A DNA stretch of 64,000 nucleotides. Origin: Amoebophrya sp. A120 (taxonomy: Eukaryota; Protista; Dinoflagellata). Below, one piece after another: positions 13,301 to 24,000 of the stretch. The notes beneath the pieces were generated by a model. The model was not told the origin of the DNA, did not search any database, and worked only from the letters and a program-made list of their open reading frames with translations. Within the stretch, counting starts at the first letter, position 1; every line of letters starts with the position of its first letter. A program made the position numbers and the translations under genes. The stretch covers positions 4,527,538 to 4,591,537 of the forward strand of contig CAJINV010000002.1 of assembly GCA_905178155.1 (NCBI GenBank), given 5' to 3'.

Positions 13301-14555
13301 AAGGGAGTCCTCCTCTACTCTGTTGCAGCTCCCACTTGGACCACAACAAGCTTCTACGCAGCAGCACGCAGCAACAAGCGGAATTACTGCAATGGAAATG
13401 TACGACCCGGGTAGTATGCCAATGGCGATGTTTTCCCCGGTTGGTGGATCATTCCCCATGACTGCCGCTCCTGCAGTGGGTAATTTTGGATTCGGTATGA
13501 TGGAAGATTTTTATCCTGAAGAAGGATCCGGTGGTGGCAGCGGGATGAAAAAGTCCACCCGATCATCGGGAAATAAGCGAGGTGGAGCTGGTGCGCGGGG
13601 GAAAAGAAGTAAGTGGGGGATGAGTGCAACTGATTGGACTGGTGCTGGTTGGGGTAGTAATTGGGACTACGCGGATTGGAGTAAATGGTACTACGACCGG
13701 TTATCCAGGACGAAAAAACACCGATCCACATCCAATTTTTACATGACAAATAGTGGATTTTACGTATGTTTGCCATGACAAATTTGATGGCGATAAGTGT
13801 TATTTCCTGGATACCGTTACGGAAATTTCTACAAATACGGACCTGACGAGCATGAGGAGCAGCAAATAGCTCACACTGTGAGCCAAAGATCCGCCGCGTC
13901 TGCCTTTTCGGATGTGTCCGCTCCGACAGATAGTTCTGCTGTGGCTGCGACAGAAGGAGGTGGTGAAGAGACGAGGAACAAAAAGCAAAACAAGAATCCT
14001 CAGCCTTCATCTACCACTGCTACGACCGCGTCAAAAAAACGCGACAGGAACAAGCGGAATAAATCTGAAGTGTTGAATAACCAGCTGCGGTCCACCTCTC
14101 AACTTGGAGATGCAGACCGGCCCCAAGAGGAAACCGAAACGACGAAACGCAGTCTCTTGCGGAGTCACACGTTGCCGGCACACCAGAGTGCAGCTACGTC
14201 TTCCAGCAGCGGTGCAGCTGCTGCGTCCACCGGTGAAGAAGCTGCTCTTGCTTCCACTCTGGCCTCGTCCTCGACAGAAGCTAATTCTGCTGGCCAACGT
14301 CAGAGGACTACTGACGCGACTGCAACTGCGCCTGCATCCTCGTCTACTTCGCCCCAGACTGTGACCGACCAAGTCGTGAACCAAGAACAACCACCGGAAC
14401 AAGGACAGGCTGTGATAGGTACGCAACAGAATAAGAATATCCCCTATCACACCCGCAACACATTCGTCGAGGTTTCCACGCCCGATAACACGGGGACGAG
14501 TCCGATGTTCATTAAGGAGCTGCTACAGGCCCCGAGAGGGAGTTCCTTTCCATGA
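4317..14555 (+). CDS. Gene 2: large (~2,800 aa, estimated) low-complexity Q/P/S/A-rich protein with signal-peptide-like N-terminus (MRSPSSFLLFLAALLVFTPAAPASG); function unknown
   Basis: Exons 4317-8100, 8261-9611, 9774-9846, 9963-10428, 10686-~10792, 10839-?, ?-11378, 11645-12415, 12569-12626, 12910-12961, 13116-13701, 13819-14555(TGA). Nine introners removed with the +5 nt rule join the ORF-track fragments in frame. Region ~10790-11350 needs extra short introns that I could not fully resolve. The start could be an upstream ATG such as 4251. Confidence 0.8.
8101..8255. mobile_element. Introner group A (~140-180 bp; TIR TAT(G/C)nnnTGCAAAAG(T/C)ATCG), representative copy; 27 copies
   Basis: TSD AGCGC/AGCGC. 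Other copies: 9612-9768, 12416-12563, 12962-13110, 18892-19052, 20592-20748, 21350-21500, 21572-21749, 22819-22968, 24453-24597, 25004-25158, 29829-29986, 32967-33111, 35954-36109, 36171-36319, 37767-37936, 38089-38253, 39291-40272 (nested insert), 42138-42277, 44118-44271, 45434-45576, 45998-46157, 47178-47344, 48954-53102 (nested insert), 54723-54874, 55009-55158, 61599-61747. Confidence 0.93.
10793..10838 (+). other. Probable short canonical intron in gene 2 (GT-AG, 46 nt; alternative GC donor at 10787)
   Basis: Removes the in-frame TGA at 10823 and joins in phase 0 to ATA GGG CAC TAC TGC ATG GCG, the frame of ORF 10854. Confidence 0.5.
11379..11639. mobile_element. Introner group B (~250-280 bp; TIR TATnnnnTG(C/T)AAA(A/T)ATGTCTGGGTCTGG), representative copy; 27 copies in several subfamilies
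   Basis: TSD CGAAT/CGAAT. Other copies: 10429-10680, 20926-21203, 21978-22247, 22375-22638, 22989-23253, 30072-30328, 30693-30944, 31892-32153, 35427-35681, 38969-39233, 40430-40699, 40768-41044, 43451-43716, 43782-44035, 44545-44819, 46202-46454, 47857-48121, 53155-53416, 53807-54071, 54401-54672, 56065-56323, 56642-56909, 56944-57209, 57998-58268, 60140-60403, 63558-63819. Confidence 0.93.
13702..13813. mobile_element. Introner group K (~111-117 bp, the shortest; TIR TATCCA(G/C)); 3 copies
   Basis: TSD CCGGT/CCGTT. Other copies: 9847-9957, 42585-42701. All three have imperfect TSDs, and the frame is restored by +5 removal. Confidence 0.85.
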
Positions 14556-15600
14556 AGTAGAAGTACTGCGGTCTTGCTTTAGCCGTTTTTTGGTCAGTAA
14601 TTTTGATCCAACTTGATATTGACTCTGTGTAAATGTCCGCCTCGTCGTTGATAGTCACACAAATGCGCCGACTCTTGCTCCTGCTTTTGGGTCTTTCAAA
14701 GTTGACATGGACGCTGCATCAATCCGAAGCCCGCGGCCAAAAATAAGCATTGCGTGTGACTACTACTTTTCGTCGAAATATAATAACCATTCAAGAAAAA
14801 TACAACTTATACGTACCGCTTTTTGATCTTTGGCTTTTTGATTCGGTTGGGAACTTTCATTTTTTTTTGTTTGTATCACGTAGTTAGTATGCTCTGAGTC
14901 CTCTTATTGCAGTTTCGGCTGTATTTTATGTTTACCATTTTTTTGGTCTGCTTGTTGTCGTGTCAGAGCAAAAATTTTCTACAAATGTTTCGTGGTCTAC
15001 TGTTTGTGAAAAAGAAAATGGCGACTAAAAAAAAAATGATGCATTGCTTACAGGAATAAAGACCCTCGTAGCTGCCTCTATCTTGTCAGGCAAGTTTTCA
15101 TGGTGCTCCCGCTTGACAAAATTGACCCCAAACGCAAAGCTTGATTTTTTTTGTCGTGCCAGTTTACTCGTAGAGAAACTCGAGGTCGTCTACCGCGACG
15201 ATCTCGAGGAGTTCTATCACTACCAAATGGCCCCATCCCAGAATTCAAGCCGTCGTGTATGACTCTGTTCTGAAATATAGGCCTGGATGCAGCTGGGTGC
15301 AGTTCTTCTTGTGCCTCATCCTGTCCACTTGATACCATGCCTGTGAGGGCCCGAGAGTTGTGAGAGCAGAGTGGCACGAAACGATGAAAGTCCAAGACTC
15401 GGTGACGTCACGCTCACGACTGTGTCCTAGTAACATCAACCCGAGTATGATCTCAAATAGGCAAAGATCCGCTAAAAATCGTCGTGCTAGCCATTGCTAC
15501 TAGCGACGTAGCGGTCTTATGTTGATCATCCGAATAGGATTTTTGCTTCTGGAGCGCATGACTACATTTTCATGTGGTCAATGTCGTTTGCTATGGCCCG

Positions 15601-17025
15601 GTCAACGACGCTTTTCTCAAGTATGCTGAGAATTTTTCTATGCGTATTTTTTGGAAATGCGCCGCCCTTCCGCCCGTGCGCATTCGGGCAATGAAACTGC
15701 AGAAGCGGGCCGCGCACTTGATTGCGCAGGCCCAATGAGAGGGGAGCCAAGCTAGACGCCCATGAACAGGCCCGCCGTGTTGGCCCGCGCGCATTGTCTG
15801 AGATCATTTCGGGGAGGGAGGGCGCCTCCCGACATCCGCCCAAGGTTTCCTCGTTGGCCCCCCGTCTCTCCTCTATCTATGGAAACCCCTGCCGACATAC
15901 CAGCGGCGAAGACATTGGGCGCAGTGGGCGAAAATAATGCCAAAAAATGCACCTTGGAAGAAAAGGCCGGACGGGGGCCAGCTTTTCCGGACACGGCCGG
16001 AAACCCTGGCCCGCCAAAGCGCGTGGACCCTACACCACCAACATTTTGCTCTCGCTAATCTGTGCGCGCCCCCTTGACAGGCGCCAGTGCCGCCTATCGC
16101 GAAGCAAAATCCCTGGCGGCGGCGCTCGGGCCAACTTACCGGCGGCTCCTGCAGGGGGGGCGCGGCCCGTTTCAGCTTTGTTGTCTTTTATTTCCGAGGC
16201 ACCCCAAGCACAGGCAGAGGTCCTTCGGCGCAATTTCCGGAGAATTCTCTGCCCGGCGTCGGGCAATTGCTCCGGGACGTTTGGGGACCTCTTTGAGGGG
16301 CATCATTCGCTGGGGTTTCGCGTTTTTTTTGGGGGCATCTTTTCACCCCTTCCGGAGGCAGCCCCCGGGGCTTGCCGCCGACGCTTTCCTGGTAGTGCAT
16401 TTACTGGCCCGCAGTCGCCTGGCAGGTCGCGCGGGGCCGGGCAGGCTTGCGCGGCCGCGGGGGCATACCCCGGCAAAGGCTTCGGCGGGCTGCACGGCGG
16501 CCCGGCGGGCGGGCGGCGCCGCGGGGACTGAACTCGCACAGGCGCCGCGCTCGCGATTGGCGGCGGGCCCACCGACTATGTCTATGCGGTCGCGCACAGG
16601 GAGGGCGCATCCGCAAAGCCTTCGCCACGAACGTGGGCGCGCCGAATCGATGGGAAACCAAAAACGCGGCCCAATGTTGCGCGGCATCGTCGAGGTTTGC
16701 CCAACCTGTGCAACGCCTCTACTTGCTCGAAGTGTGTGTGCCCGCGCGGCGGGGCATGCGCATCGCCAACACATAGGGGCGCGCCCCTTGGTGCACTTCG
16801 GGACGCCGTGGCGCCTCGCCAACAGCGAATGCCACGCGGCGGGCCCTCCACGAAGTGGGCCCCGGAGGAGCTTGACGTGGCCAGCCTCCAAGCTGATAGA
16901 CACAGGCCCTGTGGGAACGGGGCGCGATGTCTTCGAGTGTCGCCCAAGTGCTCGGAACCCGAATCGTCATGCGAAAAAAAATGCATATCAAAATTTTCAG
17001 CATACTTGAAAAAAGCGTCGCTGAC
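15601..17025. mobile_element. ~1.4-kb intergenic GC-rich non-autonomous TIR element
   Basis: GTCAACGACGCTTTTCTCAAGTATGCTGAGAATTTT at 15601 is inverted relative to AAAATTTTCAGCATACTTGAAAAAAGCGTCGCTGAC ending at 17025. No recognisable transposase. Confidence 0.75.
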
Positions 17026-18094
17026 GCCACCATATTTGCGCGACCGTGAAAATTATACGTCAAAAAAAATTGCTCTCCCCTTATTGTTATTGTGGTATCG
17101 ATCGCGTTTATTTTTATTTGTTATTGTCTATGTTTGTTTTATTGACCTCTTCCTTTTTGCGAGAGTATCCCAGGATATTCAATTTAACCTATTAATTTGT
17201 TGTTTCCGTAGTGTAGTATCTGTAACTGTATATTTTGACCACATGATTCTATAATTTCTTTTGCGTAAAAGATGGAATCTCACAGTGTCCGTTTGGATCG
17301 TCCTTCCGGTTCTCTGCGTGACTTGATGCAGAGTCTCGATTGACCCGGCGTTCTTCGTGTAGTTGCCAAATGACATATCGTTCTCTAGTGCACTTGCACC
17401 ATTGCGCCCACGACGTTCACGGTCTTCTTCACCACAATTACTAGTCGCGCATCGCCGACGGATATTAACCGATGAAGGGAACCGATTTATTATTGGAATC
17501 CGAATGAAGCCTGCTTTTGCTTTTCCGTCCTGCTTCTTCGTCATTACGGTCTCCATTGGTGGACTACAACCAGTAGCTCCTGACGAAGAGGCGCACAACT
17601 TCTACTGCAGAAAGTATAGAAATCATTTCTGCATCCAGTTCGATCGAAAGCCGACATCATTATGTTGATTCAAGACCTGCTAAGTACCGCGGCGGGTTCT
17701 TGTCCAGCGAGCGACATCACTTTCCCCGCACGTGGGAACAACGAGATCGTCTGCCGGAAGATAAAGATATGGACGCAAGTTTCACTCGGGTGAACTTCTC
17801 TTGAACAAGAGAAGACAGCTCCTGCACATTACAACTTCTTGTTACGAGCGCGACCTTGCAAAACATGAGGACGTCGAGAGGACTATCACGAAGCTCTTTA
17901 CGACGAGGACAATCTTCCGGTCTAGTCCACTCTGTAAAGTGACGAAGCGCGACAAAGATGAAAAAGCTCGGTCGACAGAAGAACCATACTTAAATCAGAT
18001 CACCCACACGTCGACCAAGCCTGCGCCCGCCAGGTTCTACTCGAGGACGACGTCCTGACCACTTCGGTCTGACGAGATCAACACCAGCACAAAA

Positions 18095-21000
18095 ATGACC
18101 TGGAAGATAATATACCGGATCTGGGTGGGCGTCGGCATAATTGCCGTCGTCATCACCTCGATTCGTCTCGGCGCCTTTGCGACGTACCGGAATCATCTAC
18201 AAGAAGACGATGGAAAGATGAAAGCTGCTACTAGTACTAGAGCTGCTACTTCTACTAGTCCCGAGGACAATGGGGACGACATCAGCACAAAAGCGACGAG
18301 TCAGCCTGAACCTGCTGCTGCTGCTGCTGCACAGCAGGAAATAACTTTTATTCAAGAGCCCCAAGAACCTCCGAAGGACAACGTGAAACATGAACAACAA
18401 GAGGAACAAGCAGCGAAGGAAAAAAATGTTCTTCAAAAGGCAAGAGGCCTGTTGCTTCATTATCATCACTATGCAATACAAATTTCCCGAAGATCAAGAT
18501 GTTGATGTACAAGATGCATCACAAATTTCGTGTAAAACTTGTCATGCTAAACTAGCAAAGAAGAAAAGTTTTGCCATGTAGAGACCGCATTTGTACGTGT
18601 ACGGGAAATTTACTGTGGATAATCACGATCATGAACATGATGCTGATAAGCCCCACCGACCTACCGTTACTGACCGGATGGCAGAGGTCGAGGCCCGATG
18701 GGGGCAGAAACATCAACATGGCCGAGATGATCTCGCAAATAAAATCGGGGAAGATCCTGATGATGATGCTGGCGCAACTGGTGATGAAGATGACGATACC
18801 GATTCGCAGGAAGTACCGACCACAAGCAGAGGACATGTAGAGCACCTTCACATAGATGAAGAGGGTGACGGGGTCGTAGACGTTTCGCTGATATCCTGTG
18901 CAAAAGTATCTGATACTCGTATTGCAGTCATGCGTTGCAAATCATTTTCTTTTTCTTAAGGTGCAAAGGCATTACAAATTTCATTTCTCATGCTGAGGAA
19001 ATTTGTATATGCATTTATACATTCAAACACGATACTTTTGCAAAAATCCATAGCTAACTAGGCAGCAGCTGCGCAACTTGCTAGCTGGAAAGGAAAGAAA
19101 TGCAGAGGAAGATGATGAAGAAGATCATGCTTCTCATGACCCACGTCGTTATTTGCATTTGCGCGATGGCGATAAAAAACAAACAAAGCGGGACAAGAGT
19201 CTCCGGGAGTTTATAAGCCGGGAGGATCTTATTTCAGCAGTATCGGACGAAGAAGTGAAAAACGAAGAGCAAAAAAGAAAAACGACTAGACAAACTCAGG
19301 TTGAAAATAAAGATAAAGAACCTCCACAAGAAGTAGCAGGAGAAATAAATCAACTTCTAGTACAACCAGTCGAAACAACAACATCCTCAGCTGAAGGTGC
19401 GACTTCCTCGGTAGGAGGTCTTGACAGCGAAGAGGAAGAAATTCTCGCTCCAGACGGCAGAGGGACTGAAGTCCTCGGGGTCATTCCAGCGGGGGAAGAA
19501 GTAGAGGACCAACTGCTAGCAGATGAGCAGTTTGCCGCTGCGTCCGTAGTTCCAGTTCCCGTGCAGGGGCCAGGGGAACAAATGAGTACGCAGGCTTCTC
19601 CTGCGATTCCTGTCACTGATGTGAAGAACGACCTAGATACAGCAGCAGGCCCGATATTTTCATCAACGCCACCTAGTAGCAGAAGTACAACTACTGCGAG
19701 TAATGATAACATCGTCCACGACGTTGAGGACCCGGCGGTTGCCGGAGGCGACGTACTAGCGCAGCAAAATATAGAACAAGAACACGCGCCGCCATCATCA
19801 TCTTCACAGGAAGAAGCTTCTTCTGCAGCTGCGACGACATCGGGTCGTATTGCAAAAACATCAATAAATACCGATAGCACTAGCACACTTGATGAAAAAG
19901 AAAATCCGGAGCAGCAGGTCCAAATAAAGCATGAGAACAACGACCTCCGCGGCGAAGCGGTAGAAGGAGTAGCAACGATAGTGGCCCATGAAGATGATGT
20001 CGCACCAGCAGAACAGCCGGCGCAAGAACTAGTACCTGAACCAGCAGCAAAAGCCTCGATCCCGGGGTCCTCCCTCTCGTCCGCTGGCACCACACGGATC
20101 CAGGCGGAGAAAGCGCAGCTATTGATGCAGAGACGACAAGCGGAACAGGTGCAGCACCAGCAGAAGCGAGAAATAACCGAGAAACGCGAGATGAAGACGA
20201 GCTCTAGAAGTCTTGCTTCCAGTGCGACATCTCCAGGTGAAGACGGGAAAATGACGGAGCAGAATCAATTTGACGAGCAGATGGAACGGGATATGAAAAG
20301 CGGGAACGCCGCGACGTTCGGCAACGCGCAAACTTACGACGACCCAACCACGGAGGAGATCGAAGCGCTAGTGGACGACTACCAATTGAAAAAAGAATTC
20401 GACCAGATGTTATGCAATGTAAATTTCCCGTACATGTACAAAATGCATGACAAATTTCGCTGACTTGCAGTGTCCAACTTGTCATGCTAGACTAGGATTG
20501 AAGGCAAGTTTTGTCATGCAGAGACTCCATGTGTACGTGTACGGGAAATTTACTGTGGATAGATGTACGAAAAGTGCTACGACCCGCAGTGTATGCATTG
20601 CAAAAGTATCGTACTCGTTTGAATGCAAATCTTCCATGACAAATCTCGTTCTCAAGGGAAACCAGCATGACAAACTTGATTTCTCATGCTGAGGAAATTT
20701 GTAATGCAATTTACTATTAGAAGAAGTGCGATACTTTTGCAGTTCATACAGTGCACTCAGCTGGTGTTCAAAATTATGTGCGGCACGAGGGTGGTCTGCG
20801 TGCCAGATGCCAGCACAACTTTCCTCACGCAAAAGCTCGAGGCCGATCGGGCGCGATTCAAAGCGAACAGCCTGCTCAAGCCTGGCGCCGGTGGGCCGGG
20901 GATAATTATGTCACCGGAAGAGGATTACCAAAAAATGCAAACATGTCCGGGTCTGGAACAACACCCAAACTTGTGATGCTTCGTCTGGATCATGCTAAAA

Positions 21001-24000
21001 AAACCTGTATTGCATGACCAGCAAGAGGATTCAAATTTGGCTACGCGGTGGAAAGGGCATTTATCATGCTGGATGCGCATAGATAAAAAGCGCTCAAAAA
21101 ATCGGTGATGCTATGGCATACATCACAGACATCATGGACCATGGAAAGTGTGCATGACAAACTTGTGCTCTTCCAGATGACTCAGACATTTTTGCATCTG
21201 ATAAGGATCAGGAATTCAAGAACACCACGCCAGCGGGTCCTAGTTCGTCGTCGTCCGGAAACGTAAATCCCTTCGCTTTCAACCGCCAGTTTCATCCTAG
21301 ACCAGAGGACGAGAACCCGCTGGATGTCGCTTTGCTGGATTCACAAACGTATCCTGTGCAAAAGTATCTGATACTCGTATTGCAGTGATGCATTACAAAT
21401 CTTTTTGTGAAAGAAAATCAGCATTACAAATTTTATTTCTCATGCTGAGGAAATTTGTAATGCATTTATACGAGTACGATACTTGTTCTGCAGCTGCATA
21501 AAACGCCTTTTTTCGCCGTGGAGCAGAAAGAAGCGGAACTTCACGACCACGGGCAGCAAGGAGCTACTTCTTACGCAATGCAAAAGCATCGCAATAGAAG
21601 AAATCGCATCACAAATTTTGTCAACATTAAAAAAATAGCAGTGAATTTGTAATGGTGAATATGGCCACACAGAGGTAGATCTGTTATGCACGATTGCGTC
21701 GAGTGGTACTGGTACTCGTACGAGTGCCATGATGCTTTTGCTGTGCATACTTCTGGTGGAGCAGCCGCGCGCCCGCTCCCGATGGACACCACCATGGAAA
21801 AGTTGGCCACCCTCGCGGCACATTGCGAGGCGGACGAACTTTGCACGGCTTTCATCTCTTTCGACGATGACACGCTGCGGACGCGGGAAGTACCCCCCGC
21901 GGAGGTGGCAGAAAAGGAGGAAAAGGAACTCAGCAAAAGAATCGACGAACTGTACAACTCCGCATTTAACACAGCAATATCAAATGCAAATATGTCTGGG
22001 CCTGGAAACTTGAGTTGCTGATTCTTGCACTGCAGACTGGTCGGTTGTACGGTATAACAGCATGACAAGTTATCCTCGCCCCATTGCGGGCTCATTCGTG
22101 TTTAGCATGACAAGCTGACTCCATCCAGCACGACAAAAATAAGAATGGTCAATCGTATTTATGCATCACAGAGACAGATCTTGTTGTCCCTGAGCTTGAG
22201 GTCTCGCAGTACAAATCTAGACCCAAATGACGCATTTGCATTTGATAAGGAAATGTAGTTGACAACGGTGAGGGCGAGCTGCATTCCTCTGCTTCTACGA
22301 CTGGTGGAGGGGTGTTGAGCGACATCAAAGATAAACACTCTCCTCAGCCCTTGGACTTGCATCTGGCGGAGGATTATCAACTGTAAAAATGTCTGGGTCT
22401 GGAAGAGTGTAAACTTGTCATGCAGGTTTTTTATGACCCATGAGGTCTGTGATGCGGAACCTAGCACGACAGACTCTGTGAGGTCTCTGCCATGCCTATC
22501 CTGCATGAGTAGAAACTCCCTCCCAACTCGGTCGAAAGTGGACAGCTTTTGGCACTCATGCAACACAGATTTTTTCATGATTCGGATTTACCATGACAAG
22601 TTGCAATCTTCCAGACCCAGACATATTTGCAATCCATAAGGATTCGATCAAGTTCGGGGACTTTTTCGATGTCTACGAAGACGAGGAGATATTGGAACAC
22701 ATCCGAAATACTGCGGCACGGAAGCAATTAGCTGTGTCAGATTTTAGGACAATGTCAAACAGTTTGACTGATGAAGTAACGCAAAGAGGAACGTATCAAC
22801 GGGCCCCGGGGACCATGGTATGAACTACTGCAAAAGTATCCGATACTCGTATAAATGCATTACGAATTTTCTCAGCATGAGAAATGTAATTTGTAATGCG
22901 GATTTATTTTAGGAAAAAAAATTGTAATGCATGATTGCAATACGAGTGTGATACTTTTGCACAGGATACATCGACATGGACGAGTATATATCAACTGTAA
23001 AAATGTCTGGGTCTGGGAGAATCCAGCTTGTCATGCTGATTTTGGATTCTAAAAAAATCTGTACTGCATGAGCAGCAATAAAGAGAGCCCAAGCTTTGCT
23101 ACACGGAAAGAGCATTTGCCATGCGGTATAGGCATCAGGAAGCCCTCACAAAATCTGTGATGCATGGGCACGCATCACAGACATCAGGAGTCATGCAACA
23201 TGTGCATGACGAACCTGGCAATCTTCCAGACCCAGACATTTTTACATTTGATAGTATATCAGGATGAAAAATTATCCCCCCTCTCATATCAAAACGAAGT
23301 TTCTGATGCTGGCTCTGCGTTGTACACAAATGAGATTTGTCTTGCTGGCAAGGCTGCAGCCAGGCCCATATCAAGCCTGCAACACAGAGACGATTTGTGG
23401 TCACAAATGAGCAACGCAAATTTTCGAAAACGTACCTTGTCAATACGGGCGGGGGGGGAATAAATATCCTCGCGATAGAGTACGTGACGAATACAATCGC
23501 GAAGGAACATATCGCAGGAAAAAAATGTTTCACTGTAAACTTGTAATGCGCAGAGATGAAGGCACCCCATCCCCAGAAGGATTTGTCTTGCTACACATGC
23601 AAGACAATGGATTTTTTTAGCTGTCTTTTCCCTTAGGAACCTAGCATCACAAAAAATTTTCTCTGTCATGTTGAGCAAACCTGTTCTGCAAAACTTGCAA
23701 ATCGTTTACAAAATCCTTACAGTGAAACACTTTTTTCTTGCGATAGAAAACGAAATACTCGGGGAGGACGCTGACTACAGAGAAGGTGATGAAAGTAAAC
23801 GTGAGCCGGGTCGTACATATCCAAGAAAGAAACGTTGTTAGTGTAAATTTGTGATGCGCAACGTGCAAGATGATTGCGTCTGTCATGCTTGGCATGCATC
23901 GTAGGGTCCATTAAAGGGCGTTTTCGCGTACTATCTGCGCATGACAGGTTTTTGCTGTCATGCCAGACAAATTTGTAATGCTGTTCCTCCAAAAAAGTTA

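Noticed and set aside
14579-14599. Relic dinoflagellate spliced leader (TAGCCGTTTTTTGGTCAG)
   Set aside because: Only a partial match, and it lies 3' of a stop codon rather than 5' of a gene.
17363-18094. Additional 5' coding exons of gene 3
   Set aside because: Coding-like fragments exist in different frames, but I could not join them with any supported intron, so this is left unresolved.
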